From a virus (lineage: Duplodnaviria; Caudoviricetes), in IMG/VR virus record IMGVR_UViG_3300027818_000041, positions 301-64,300 of that record: DNA of 64,000 bases; one strand, written 5' to 3'. Under the pieces are notes generated by a model. It had not been told where the DNA came from, made no database searches, and saw only the letters and a program-made list of their open reading frames with translations. Of the stretch, positions 1 to 9,790 are shown in pieces. The number at the start of each line of letters is the position of its first letter. Within the stretch, counting starts at the first letter, position 1. Both the position numbers and the translations under genes were made by a program.

Positions 1-2
1 GA

Positions 3-326
3 ACATTATATAACTGGACTACTTATAACTTTCAATTTTCAACTTTAGTTCCTTTTGTAGATTCAACAACCATGAGTGCTTGGCCTAAGATTCTTCCAAG
101 TAACGGTATAAACATTACAAAAATATCTTTAGTGGCGCAAGATCAATTTGGAAATCCTTTGGTTTTTTCTAGGGTCACCTTTACAGATGACGATGTTGGT
201 GGTTATATTATGCGAATGGAATCTTATACTGATACAACCGGAATAGCTATAAATCATTATAGATCTGGAACGATACCCCGTACTGTCAATTTAACAGGGT
301 CAGTCATGACCATAATTAATCTCTGA
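3..326 (+). CDS. C-terminal part of a putative virion protein with an Ig-like (Big_1/invasin-like) module; truncated by the window start
   Basis: Frame is open from position 3 (TLYNWTTYNFQFSTLVPFVDSTT-MSAWP...), so the track ATG at 72 is probably internal. QDQFG...YTD..G...YRSG resembles RDQFG...VTDADG...YRSG in the next gene. Confidence 0.6.
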   Translation, partial: TLYNWTTYNFQFSTLVPFVDSTTMSAWPKILPSNGINITKISLVAQDQFGNPLVFSRVTFTDDDVGGYIMRMESYTDTTGIAINHYRSGTIPRTVNLTGSVMTIINL

Positions 327-3109
327 TGGCTAATAGCACACTAAACATAGAGGCAGAAGAGCCCACTTTTTGTGTAGGACCACAGGCAGGTACTTACTGC
401 ACAGTAGACTCTTATGAGCTTATTCCAGTGATGCGGGTTAAAAACTTTGATGGGGATTTAATAAGAAACTATGAGTTTGTTCCTAACAATATAATAAGCG
501 CCCCTACAGCCAATTATCCTTATAGTACTGTACTAGGGCTTAAATATATAGGTCCTATAGATTTAGCCTATTTCTATACAGGAGCACAGTTTTTTACATT
601 TGAAAAGACCTTTTCTGCAGCTTATCAATACTTAGATAAAAATACAGGGACATATACAACTAGACCTTACTCTGAAAGTTTTATAATACGCAGGTGGGCT
701 ATTGATCAAACTGTTTTTACCTTGAATTTTCAAGAAGCTTGGTATAGAAACAGTACTTCTTCTGATTTTTTTGATTGTTATGATTTTGCTTTAGAAAATT
801 ATGTTACTACGTTTGCTTCTAGTACGCCAGCTGGTACTGGGTACATAGAACTAACAACCACAAGCGGTATTCAGAAGTATGATACTTTGTTATTGGGACC
901 CAGTACTGATGCGGATAATACCGGCAAAGTAGAGTATGTATATGTTCACGAAGTTGTGGGCACTACTGTATATGTTAGAACATACGATGGAACATTTCCC
1001 ACACAATATGAATATGTTATAGGTAATCCCGTTACAAGATTGGGTAATTTTTTTGTTTTTAGTGATCCTAGACCATTAGTCATAGAGGACAAAGTAGACA
1101 GCTATGAGCATGATTATGGATATATGTATGAACTAGATTTGTCTGACTTCGCAGAAATATTAAACAAGGATTTATCGGGGGCATACAAGGGTGTTTATGG
1201 AGCCACTTGGAACTCTTTGTACGGGATGCCAACCTTTACTCGTTGGAACAATGTATTGTCTGTAGATCTGACTAATAATCAGATTTTTAAACCTCAAACA
1301 CTTCACAATATAGATTCTACTGGAGCAGCTTTTCCAGCATATGGTATTGAAATAGTTAGTTACGATGTTTTGCTTTTACAGAATAAAGCGTTTGTAAATA
1401 GTGATGCTGGGGTACAGTCCTATGTGTCTTTTAGTAGCTATAATATAATCTTAGATAGTTTACTTCCATATACATTTAATGTAGACGTTACTTCAGAATA
1501 TCAAACTCTGTTTAGAAACGATTTAACTACTATATATATAAAAGTGAGAGATCAGTTTGGTGTTGGTCTTTTAGGTAAAAATGTATATGTATATGATTCT
1601 GGTGGGGATCCGGATTCTACTTTAGACCCTCCTTCCGGGTATGTAGTAACAGACGCAGACGGATATTGCTCTGTTTTATATAGATCCGGTTTTAATTTTA
1701 CTGGAGAATCTACAGTAAGTGTTAGGTCCGATGGAGGAAATACTGTACATGGTAGTGCTTATGTGTGGGGCTATGTATCAATAAATACTTATCATGAGTA
1801 TGAAGTATCCCCCACTATTATAACACAACATTCTTTTGAGGATGTGGATTTCAGGACCTGGATTGTAGGTTTAGAAGACGTAGAGGAAAGTTTTAAAACC
1901 CATGAGATTCCTCCTTTGTGTTTTCCTAGACCAAGCTACGGCAGCTGCCCCAATCCTATAATTGATGGTACCATAAAGTCGCAATATCAAACAGTGCCAA
2001 TGATTCTTTTGTTATCCTTTCCTGTTCATGGGGCAGGAAGACGTCACTTTGATGAGGAGTATGATCTAGGACTTCTTCCTATTTTGTGTTCTTATAATGA
2101 GATGCATATAGAGCAGTTTACCATAAACCCATTTAACTGTAAATTGCCATGTTATACTGACCCAGATTCTACATGGATGCTTGATCAATTAATTTGTAGT
2201 AGGCACCTGGTGGGATTAAACATTTCTTCTACTACTGTGGATCAGTATGTGTTTGTCCAAGATGCCCGCCCTGCTTTTTTCTCTTATAAAAATACTACAG
2301 ACACGGATTATTGGATAAGATTAAGACCCTTTGCTTTTAGTTTGAATTTAAGCACCCTTTCTATAAAACTCAGAGAAGTAAATCAGGGATTTGGTATAGA
2401 CACGGGTTGGTACGAAATAGTCCCTCTTGGGACAGCGAGTAACTTTGATGCTGGTGGTGGAGTAGTAGGTGTGGATTTTATACACCAACCTTCAAACCCT
2501 TTTAGAAATAAAAGTATAGTATATGTGTATGTAGAAATCTATGACTTTGCTCCTATCCCGAATCTTTTACAAGTAGAGTATTGGTTTGAAATAATTGATG
2601 ATTATAGAAAACCATATATTTTTGATCGAGTTCCAGATGATGGTGATGTTTCTGTCCCAACAAATACATCGGTGACCTTTAAGATCGGGGATTGGGGTGC
2701 GGGCGTAAACATTAATACAATGGAATTTTTTGTTAATAATTCCTTAGTGCAACACAGTTATATTGCTTTAGATGAGCATTCCTATTATGTAGAATATCTT
2801 CCATTGTATGATTTTAAGTTTGGAGATACTGTGTATGTGTATGTTAGGGCTATAGATTTGGCTACAAATGAAAATGTTATGGTTGATAGTTGGCGTTTTT
2901 ATACCAGTAAGAGTACTGGTCCTTGGTTTGATTTTTCAAGTTTTAGACCGCTTCCTTGTAGAAGAGGTATTTCTAGAGTAAATACCTTAATTAGGTTTAG
3001 GGTTTATGGAATCGATGGTCATGGGCTTGATATAAGCACTCTTAATGTTCAAGTTAGAGGGGTTGAGAGTGATTTTACTGTTGTTCCTATCATTTATAGA
3101 ATTTCTTAA
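326..3109 (+). CDS. Putative virion structural protein with Ig-like domains (927 aa)
   Basis: Long ORF coupled to the upstream stop (TGATG). Has a Big_1-like segment (KVRDQFGVGL...VTDADG) and a C-terminal Ig-like segment (VPDDGDVSVPTNTSVTFKI...VYVRAIDLA). Confidence 0.6.
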   Translation: MANSTLNIEAEEPTFCVGPQAGTYCTVDSYELIPVMRVKNFDGDLIRNYEFVPNNIISAPTANYPYSTVLGLKYIGPIDLAYFYTGAQFFTFEKTFSAAYQYLDKNTGTYTTRPYSESFIIRRWAIDQTVFTLNFQEAWYRNSTSSDFFDCYDFALENYVTTFASSTPAGTGYIELTTTSGIQKYDTLLLGPSTDADNTGKVEYVYVHEVVGTTVYVRTYDGTFPTQYEYVIGNPVTRLGNFFVFSDPRPLVIEDKVDSYEHDYGYMYELDLSDFAEILNKDLSGAYKGVYGATWNSLYGMPTFTRWNNVLSVDLTNNQIFKPQTLHNIDSTGAAFPAYGIEIVSYDVLLLQNKAFVNSDAGVQSYVSFSSYNIILDSLLPYTFNVDVTSEYQTLFRNDLTTIYIKVRDQFGVGLLGKNVYVYDSGGDPDSTLDPPSGYVVTDADGYCSVLYRSGFNFTGESTVSVRSDGGNTVHGSAYVWGYVSINTYHEYEVSPTIITQHSFEDVDFRTWIVGLEDVEESFKTHEIPPLCFPRPSYGSCPNPIIDGTIKSQYQTVPMILLLSFPVHGAGRRHFDEEYDLGLLPILCSYNEMHIEQFTINPFNCKLPCYTDPDSTWMLDQLICSRHLVGLNISSTTVDQYVFVQDARPAFFSYKNTTDTDYWIRLRPFAFSLNLSTLSIKLREVNQGFGIDTGWYEIVPLGTASNFDAGGGVVGVDFIHQPSNPFRNKSIVYVYVEIYDFAPIPNLLQVEYWFEIIDDYRKPYIFDRVPDDGDVSVPTNTSVTFKIGDWGAGVNINTMEFFVNNSLVQHSYIALDEHSYYVEYLPLYDFKFGDTVYVYVRAIDLATNENVMVDSWRFYTSKSTGPWFDFSSFRPLPCRRGISRVNTLIRFRVYGIDGHGLDISTLNVQVRGVESDFTVVPIIYRIS

Positions 3110-3156
3110 TTTAACTAACTATTGATTAGTAGGAATAAATACTATCGGAGAAAGCA

Positions 3157-3840
3157 ATGTCTGAACCTATTATTACATTTCTTTATAATACTAGCCTTAC
3201 AGATACTTCCTACACAGGGACTGGGGAGGAAGTAGGTAATTGGAAAAAAATAAATACAACTACAGGATCTGGTGTTGTAGATGTAAAAGTTTTTACTGGT
3301 GGCGGAATAAATGGAACGATACCCTCACCCACAGCTCCTTATGGTAGTAGGGATGCTACACTTCGTCCATTAGCTGGTTGTCAGGTGATTCCTCAGACCT
3401 ATATTGAATCCTACAATGATAATATAATGCGTCAAGTTCCTTTGGCAGGTAGAACTACAAACAGGTATGTATTTTGTGTTTATGTGGAAGGCATTCTAAC
3501 AAGCGACTTATATATAGAGTGTTGGGATGATTCAAGTCTTTTAACTACAAGTGGTACTGTGTTATCCGGAACTGTTGCTTATCCCGGGAGTATGATAAAC
3601 GCAATCAGAACTACTACAGCTGCTCCTCCTTCTAATTGGGAGGGCGTAACTTTATCAGGTAGTTCCGAAATTACAACTAGCGGTGTTAAACTTAGTGGAT
3701 ATGAAAGCAGACTCAGACTGAAAGGGGCTGATTCGGTTCAAAACGAGGCATTATATTATAACATGTATGTATATTTACCTTATGATGCTCCTTTGTTTCA
3801 TTCTCAGCCTGTAGAGGCATTTAGATATATGTATATTTAG
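3157..3840 (+). CDS. Putative virion protein (227 aa), paralog of 4297-5235
   Basis: GGAG RBS upstream; Thr/Ser/Gly-rich; VFCV...ECWDD..TT...VL motif shared with 4297-5235. Confidence 0.55.
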   Translation: MSEPIITFLYNTSLTDTSYTGTGEEVGNWKKINTTTGSGVVDVKVFTGGGINGTIPSPTAPYGSRDATLRPLAGCQVIPQTYIESYNDNIMRQVPLAGRTTNRYVFCVYVEGILTSDLYIECWDDSSLLTTSGTVLSGTVAYPGSMINAIRTTTAAPPSNWEGVTLSGSSEITTSGVKLSGYESRLRLKGADSVQNEALYYNMYVYLPYDAPLFHSQPVEAFRYMYI

Positions 3841-3848
3841 AGGTTTTT

Positions 3849-4292
3849 ATGGATTACAACACAGAGGATTCTATTATAACTCTAGAAGGTAAATATGTTA
3901 CCGTAAATATGGTTAATCCATATAAATGTAGATTTTTAGCACATTATAAGGACGGTTTAATTATAAAAGGTAATAATTTGTTAGATACAGGTTGGAAAGA
4001 TTTACCCGATGGTATTACAAAAATACAATATGAGTTGTCAAATGGTTTGTTGGTGAACATACCAAACAATTTTAAGAGTTATCTTCATTTGGTGGATGCA
4101 TCTCAATCTCTGTTTGGGACTAGAATGTTTCATAATGTTTTCATAAAAGGCGAGACAGAAGATGGAACCATTGTAAGTTATCAAATAGTATTGAGAGAAA
4201 GCGAAAAGAGTTCTAATAAAATAGGAGATATATTGGTATCAAAGGACCCTATAAAATTAGAATCTCCTCATTGGAAATCTGCAGAAAGGTGA
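3849..4292 (+). CDS. Hypothetical protein (147 aa), probable paralog of 9791-10090
   Basis: GAGG RBS; YKDG.I.......W..LP..I motif resembles LKDG.V.....DW..VP..I. Confidence 0.55.
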   Translation: MDYNTEDSIITLEGKYVTVNMVNPYKCRFLAHYKDGLIIKGNNLLDTGWKDLPDGITKIQYELSNGLLVNIPNNFKSYLHLVDASQSLFGTRMFHNVFIKGETEDGTIVSYQIVLRESEKSSNKIGDILVSKDPIKLESPHWKSAER

Positions 4293-4296
4293 TAAT

Positions 4297-5235
4297 GTGG
4301 CTGTAACACTTACGAAGAAATTTTGGACTGGGTCCACTTACACGAATGTATCTAAGATTGTATTTACATCTCCTAATATAACATCTCCAGCCGCCGCTGG
4401 GACTAGATCTCATATATTACCGGGGTCTCAGTATATAGGAACTTGGTTTGAAGCTGTAGATTTTATGTATCGTATTAAAAACAACCAAAACGCTCCCAGT
4501 ATTCAAGAGTGCTATTTTGCTGAGCTTCCAGTATATCAACCTACATTTGATTTTACCACCGGGACCACACTAAACCTGGCTTGTAAATACATTAGTACAA
4601 TAATATCTGGGACGGCTTTTCAGTATGATAGAAGCAATTATGGTTATTTCGCAACAGTATCAGGAACGGGTACTGTAATGTTGGATGGTATAACTTATAA
4701 TACTTATTATACTACATTATCAGGGGTTGTTGGTACGTCTACTATCTCTGGGAGTACAACCACCGCCTCTGGAACAGCCAGGGTTTATGCATGGAGAAGT
4801 ACTCTAAGTGGCACCTCTGTGTGGTCAAACTCACAAAAGGCTATTGTATTCGCGGTAGAGTTTGGGGAAGCTTATAATTGTAGACTAACCGCCTGGGATG
4901 ATGATACTCACACCACTACTGATAATAAAGTTTTAAGTGAGGAGCATTACAGAGTCACTGCATGTGCTTATAAAGCCGGGGGTAACACAAAACAGAACCC
5001 CACTTCTAATAATTTAAGCACTAATATGGTGGTTGCTCCTGGTATAGATATTCCTTTGAAGGGTAACGATGCATATTATGGTGATTTTGATCTTATATTT
5101 ATAGCTAATGGTGGTACCCTGGGGACAGAACATGGAGAGTATTTAATATTTACACCAAGGCTGGTAAATATGGATGATTCTTTTACCAGTGGTAATTATG
5201 ATTTTGTTACAACAATACATTATCAGTATACATAA
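4297..5235 (+). CDS. Putative virion protein (312 aa) with a T-x-S-G-rich insert
   Basis: GTG start after AAGG; Thr-rich; VFAV...TAWDD..TT...VL motif shared with 3157-3840. Confidence 0.55.
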   Translation: MAVTLTKKFWTGSTYTNVSKIVFTSPNITSPAAAGTRSHILPGSQYIGTWFEAVDFMYRIKNNQNAPSIQECYFAELPVYQPTFDFTTGTTLNLACKYISTIISGTAFQYDRSNYGYFATVSGTGTVMLDGITYNTYYTTLSGVVGTSTISGSTTTASGTARVYAWRSTLSGTSVWSNSQKAIVFAVEFGEAYNCRLTAWDDDTHTTTDNKVLSEEHYRVTACAYKAGGNTKQNPTSNNLSTNMVVAPGIDIPLKGNDAYYGDFDLIFIANGGTLGTEHGEYLIFTPRLVNMDDSFTSGNYDFVTTIHYQYT

Positions 5236-5246
5236 ATGGCTAAGTC

Positions 5247-6659
5247 GTGGTTGATACTACTCAAGATATCTACGTTGATACCGAGATATCTTCTTTATCT
5301 GACTGGGAGATCTTTTTACCTACTTATGTAACGATTGGTTCTGGAACAAACACAGGGGTGGATGTACGGAACACTATAGGGTATGAGGACGCTACCTTAG
5401 TCTATGAGTTTATAACTACAAATTATGGTTTTGGAACAGGTATTTCTTCTTTTGTAGATACAGACTTGACTTGGACTGTGGCTACTGCTCTTTCAGGGAC
5501 TGCTGTACTAGGGGCGGATACAACAACTACCTTTGATTACAGAAATATAACCTATTCAGGAAGTTATGTATTGCCGGTGAGTTTTTTGTATGGATCGGTA
5601 GACTACATTGGTTACATTTTTGTAGAAAATGAGCTTGTCTATTTAGATACTATGCCCGCTTTACCAGACAATACTTTTGTGGAAGTTAGGGTGTATATAG
5701 GGGTTGTTGATAAGAGACAGGATACTTTTATAGATTTGACACTGTCTAACTCGAAAATATATAAAAACGATATTAGTGTAATATGTGCTGATTTGGCAGT
5801 GTGTTCTGGTATTTGTTGTGATATAGAAAACGGAACGGGAAGAGTTGGGATTTTTAATCAAGATTTATATAATAGTCTTCAATTAACTAAATATATTGAT
5901 ACCGATTTATTAGTATCTACATTAGAGTATGGTTCCTGTAATTTTGATGTTTTTATAGGTACTGGAACTGTAGGGTATAATTTAGATGATTTGATTTCTG
6001 CTAATCAGGGTATTTATATAGCTGATATTTGTGATATACGAACCTGGAGTTTAGAGATAAGTAATTTTTTTCTAACAGAAGGTTCTTTTTGTGAAGATAC
6101 GGCTACTATGTATGTGGATTTAACTGACACTTTATATAGTATAGAGACTTCAGATTGTTATTTTAAGATTGATGGTTCAGTTGTTTCAGTTACATTGTCT
6201 GGGATTGCCTTTGGTTACAGGATGTTTTATGATCCTATAGACAATTATGCCACCAAAGGAACTTTAGTTGTTACTGCTCATACCAAAAACAATATGGGCG
6301 ATATACTTGAGCAAGACTTTTATCTATTACATGGGTATGATGTTCAATATATTCAGAGAGAAATGTGGCCGCCAGTTGAGAATATATTTATTAGAATGGC
6401 AGCTAATAATGAAACTTTTTGTGTAAACACAGCAGGGGATTCATTTTATTTTGAAACTGTGGATTTGCCTTCTTATTCGTTGGGAGCAAGTATTCATCCA
6501 GTGTCTTACGTTGACTTGGTTTCAACTATACATCCACAATCCACTGCTTTCTTCTATGGAGGCAGTTATACAGTAAGAATTAGCAATATTAAGGACTACA
6601 ACGGAAACGTATTAGAAGATGTTGTATTTTCTTTTGAAATAGAAAACCCTATAAGTTAG
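5247..6659 (+). CDS. Putative virion protein with C-terminal Ig-like domain (470 aa)
   Basis: Long ORF in the structural block; C-terminal SYTVRISNIKDYNGNVLEDVVFSF is typical of Ig-like beta-sandwich ends. Confidence 0.55.
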   Translation: MVDTTQDIYVDTEISSLSDWEIFLPTYVTIGSGTNTGVDVRNTIGYEDATLVYEFITTNYGFGTGISSFVDTDLTWTVATALSGTAVLGADTTTTFDYRNITYSGSYVLPVSFLYGSVDYIGYIFVENELVYLDTMPALPDNTFVEVRVYIGVVDKRQDTFIDLTLSNSKIYKNDISVICADLAVCSGICCDIENGTGRVGIFNQDLYNSLQLTKYIDTDLLVSTLEYGSCNFDVFIGTGTVGYNLDDLISANQGIYIADICDIRTWSLEISNFFLTEGSFCEDTATMYVDLTDTLYSIETSDCYFKIDGSVVSVTLSGIAFGYRMFYDPIDNYATKGTLVVTAHTKNNMGDILEQDFYLLHGYDVQYIQREMWPPVENIFIRMAANNETFCVNTAGDSFYFETVDLPSYSLGASIHPVSYVDLVSTIHPQSTAFFYGGSYTVRISNIKDYNGNVLEDVVFSFEIENPIS

Positions 6660-6670
6660 GAGGATTATAA

Positions 6671-8260
6671 ATGGTTGCTACTACACGTTGGGTTTTATAC
6701 CCAATAGATGCGGAAGGTGATATTGGTACTGGAAACGGGGCAGATTGTAGAGGTACTCAAGGGTACAGTATAGCAGAGGCTTCGTCTGGGGATAGTTTTA
6801 CTGTAGGCAGTACCACAGATAGATTATACCTTAGTATTGATGGCGAGGCTGCTCCTTACATTACACTTACATCAGGAACATTGTTGGATCCTAGGTTTGT
6901 TGCGAGGGATATTACGGAAAAGCTTCATGATCTGGGCAAAAGCACAGAGGCTTGGAACAATGCTAAGTGTGTTTGGCTTAATACACAAGATAGGAGTGGT
7001 GCTTTTAAGATTATTTCAGGCACCTTAGGAAGTGCTTCTTCTGTTGTTGTTACCCAATCAGGTACAAATAGTGTTGCTGCTACACTGGGTTGGTCAAACA
7101 AGACAGAGAATGGTGGAACTACTGCTCCAGCACACAGCAATCCTTATGTATTTACTGGGGATGTTACTGTTTCCGGCACTTATTATGGATTTTTTGATGA
7201 AACATATACCATAGTAATGTCTAATGATTCTTTTGTTGGGAGTCCTACTGCTCCCCGGGGAATAAAAGCTCCAACAAAAGATGCAGCAAACTCATATACA
7301 GGTACTATAAGCACTGGTGGTGTTTTTAACGCCGCTACAGATATAACATACGTTATAGCCATAGATGTCACTAACGGTACTACTATGGGTGCAGGGACGG
7401 GTAATGTTCCTACAATGACTTGGTCTTCTACTAGTGATGATGATTCTACTATCTCTGTTGAACTCCTGTACCCCAATCATTGGTATTTTGTGGGTGAATG
7501 GGGAGTAATGGTTAAATTCACAGATGCTGTATTTAATACATGCTCGCCTGCTTGGACTATAGAGTGCTATAAACCAGATTACGTGTATGGTGCCAATGCT
7601 CAAGCAGTATGTGGTTTGGCTCAATATGTGTGGGGGTCAGATAGAGGAGACGACAGTGCAACGCCTATAACCACACAATCTGGTTCATTTACACAACTGG
7701 GGGCACGAGGACTTACTATTAGATTTAATCCGGTAGGTGTGGATAACTTTACAGCTGGGGATGAGTTCAGAGTTATTTGTGCTGGTCCGGCACCCACAAG
7801 TTATAATATATCGAGCATCAACTATGGTAATGTGACCGTATCCACCGAGTCCCCAGTGAAAGCGTTACTTTTTGAAATTATGTCAGGCGCGGTTGAAATG
7901 TCAACCGTAAAGTTTGGTTTGAATAGCCATGGATCTTTCAGCCATCACTATGCCGGAAACAACGACACTTTTTTTAGATTTGGAACGGTGGGTCCAGCAA
8001 ATAATGGGGGTGTTGCTCCGACAGATGGAATAGAGTGGGTTCCTAATTTATTGGCGGCGGACATTGATAGTGACACACCCCCTAACTATTTATATAGTAC
8101 AAAAGCTAATTTAACTGTGGTTAGTACTGCGGATGACAGCCAGGCGGTTGGGAGTTATGGACTGACTTCAGATCCTATATGGGTAAATATTAAGCTTGGT
8201 GTGGCAGAAACAGGGGCAAATAGTACTATCCTTAATAGGGTGTTTTTTGATTATACTTAA
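6671..8260 (+). CDS. Putative virion/tail structural protein (529 aa)
   Basis: GGAGG RBS; Gly/Thr/Ser-rich beta-strand composition; shares a segment with the 2693-aa protein. Confidence 0.6.
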   Translation: MVATTRWVLYPIDAEGDIGTGNGADCRGTQGYSIAEASSGDSFTVGSTTDRLYLSIDGEAAPYITLTSGTLLDPRFVARDITEKLHDLGKSTEAWNNAKCVWLNTQDRSGAFKIISGTLGSASSVVVTQSGTNSVAATLGWSNKTENGGTTAPAHSNPYVFTGDVTVSGTYYGFFDETYTIVMSNDSFVGSPTAPRGIKAPTKDAANSYTGTISTGGVFNAATDITYVIAIDVTNGTTMGAGTGNVPTMTWSSTSDDDSTISVELLYPNHWYFVGEWGVMVKFTDAVFNTCSPAWTIECYKPDYVYGANAQAVCGLAQYVWGSDRGDDSATPITTQSGSFTQLGARGLTIRFNPVGVDNFTAGDEFRVICAGPAPTSYNISSINYGNVTVSTESPVKALLFEIMSGAVEMSTVKFGLNSHGSFSHHYAGNNDTFFRFGTVGPANNGGVAPTDGIEWVPNLLAADIDSDTPPNYLYSTKANLTVVSTADDSQAVGSYGLTSDPIWVNIKLGVAETGANSTILNRVFFDYT

Positions 8261-8301
8261 TATATATTTTTAGCCACAGGTCATTATCTTTGGACGTTGG
8301 A

Positions 8302-8355
8302 AGGAGGAGGTTAGTCTCCTCCTCTTAGTCTTTCCTCTGTTCTTTATGAGAGGAG
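8302..8355 (+). promoter_or_regulatory. Two stem-loops upstream of the homing endonuclease gene; the second overlaps its RBS
   Basis: AGGAGGAG (8302-8309) pairs with CTCCTCCT (8316-8323). TCCTCT (8333-8338) pairs with AGAGGA (8349-8354), which lies within the GAGAGGAG Shine-Dalgarno site. Confidence 0.55.
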
Positions 8356-8362
8356 CTTGTCA

Positions 8363-9769
8363 GTGAAATATACAATAGATACTATAAAGGAAGCGTTTGA
8401 AAAAGAAGGGTACACTCTGTTATCTACAGAATATACCAACAACAAACAGCATCTCGATTATATTTGTCCAGAGGGACATAAGCATCATATACCTTGGAGT
8501 GATTGGAATAATCAACATGCTAGATGCCCTTATTGTAATGGGAGACCTATATATACACAAAGTGAGGTGTACGAAGCTTTTAAGAAAGAGGGGTACACAT
8601 TACTTACCCCCAATTATATAAATAATAAACAAAAACTGGAGTATTTATGCCCCAAAGGACATAAATACACTATATGCTATAGTTCTTGGTTGCAAGGAAG
8701 ACGTTGTTTCTTGTGCAATGGTAATGTAAAAAAGTCTATAGAAGAGATAAAATCCAGTTTTTACGCCGAGGGATACACCTTACTTTCTACTATGTACACA
8801 GGCTGTCAGGAACATTTAGAAGTAGTATGTCCAAAGGGGCATACTTATAGGGTAACTTGGGATAATTGGAATAGTAAGGGATCCAGATGCCCTGCCTGTA
8901 GCACCGGGGTATCAGAGGCAGAAAAAGAACTATACGTCTTTATTAAAGACTTTTATTCTGGTGTGGTTATTCAAAGGGATAGAGATATATGTAAGCCAAA
9001 AGAATTAGACATAATAATCCCAGAAAAAAAGATAGCAATAGAATATTGTGGATTGTATTGGCACTCTGAGTTGGCGGGCAAAGATAAAAACTACCACGTT
9101 AATAAGTTAAAAAGTTGTCTCAAAGAAGGGTATAGACTTATTACAGTGTTTGAAGATGAGTGGGAGACAAAACGCGATATAGTAAAGTCCAGATTACAGT
9201 CTATCATAGGCAATAGTGATGTGATAAAGTTATTTGCCAGGAAATGTAATATTATAGAACTTACCACCACAGAGGCAAGGCTCTTCTGCCAAGAGAACCA
9301 TCTACAAGGATATGGTTCTGGGTCTGCTATAAAACTGGGATTATTCCATAACAAGATTCTTGTAGCAGTAATGATTTTTTCTAAGTCCTCTCTTTCTGAA
9401 GGGCAAAAGCATAACAAAGAGGGAGTCTGGGAGCTACACAGATTTTGCACAAAACTTGGTTATCAGGTTTTAGGAGGAGCCAGCAAACTCCTTAAGTACT
9501 TTGAACACAATTACTCTTGGTCTGTACTGTCGTCTTATGCAGACAAGAGATGGTCAGATGGTAGTCTCTATTATAAGTTAAACTTCTCTTTCGTTGAAGA
9601 CACTCCACCAGATTGTTGGTATGTTAGTAGATTTATAAGGCGACATGGATTTTCATTACCTAAAACCAGGAACGAGGCTGACTGTGTCAAGCAGGGACTA
9701 CACAAGGTGCAAGGTTATAATAGAATTTGGGATTGTGGTAGTATTAAATTTATTAAATATGTCAATTAA
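8363..9769 (+). CDS. Hef-like homing endonuclease: three Zn-ribbon repeats, a Vsr/DUF559-like PD-(D/E)XK nuclease and a C-terminal Mom-like GNAT domain
   Basis: Three roughly 58-aa repeats EGYTLL...CPxGH...RCxxC; nuclease motif LDIIIPEKKIAIEYCGLYWH...VFEDEW; C-terminal WELHRFC...GGASKLLKYF...SYADKRWSDGSLY...RIWDCG. GTG at 8363 is better spaced from the RBS than the track TTG at 8357. Confidence 0.7.
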   Translation: MKYTIDTIKEAFEKEGYTLLSTEYTNNKQHLDYICPEGHKHHIPWSDWNNQHARCPYCNGRPIYTQSEVYEAFKKEGYTLLTPNYINNKQKLEYLCPKGHKYTICYSSWLQGRRCFLCNGNVKKSIEEIKSSFYAEGYTLLSTMYTGCQEHLEVVCPKGHTYRVTWDNWNSKGSRCPACSTGVSEAEKELYVFIKDFYSGVVIQRDRDICKPKELDIIIPEKKIAIEYCGLYWHSELAGKDKNYHVNKLKSCLKEGYRLITVFEDEWETKRDIVKSRLQSIIGNSDVIKLFARKCNIIELTTTEARLFCQENHLQGYGSGSAIKLGLFHNKILVAVMIFSKSSLSEGQKHNKEGVWELHRFCTKLGYQVLGGASKLLKYFEHNYSWSVLSSYADKRWSDGSLYYKLNFSFVEDTPPDCWYVSRFIRRHGFSLPKTRNEADCVKQGLHKVQGYNRIWDCGSIKFIKYVN

Positions 9770-9790
9770 GTTTACATGAGGGGTTACTCT

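Noticed and set aside
3110-3156. T4-like late promoter (AATAAATA at 3134-3141) or terminator (ACTAA/TTAGT stem)
   Set aside because: One mismatch from TATAAATA in AT-rich DNA and not repeated before other structural genes; the stem is only 5 bp and mostly A-T.
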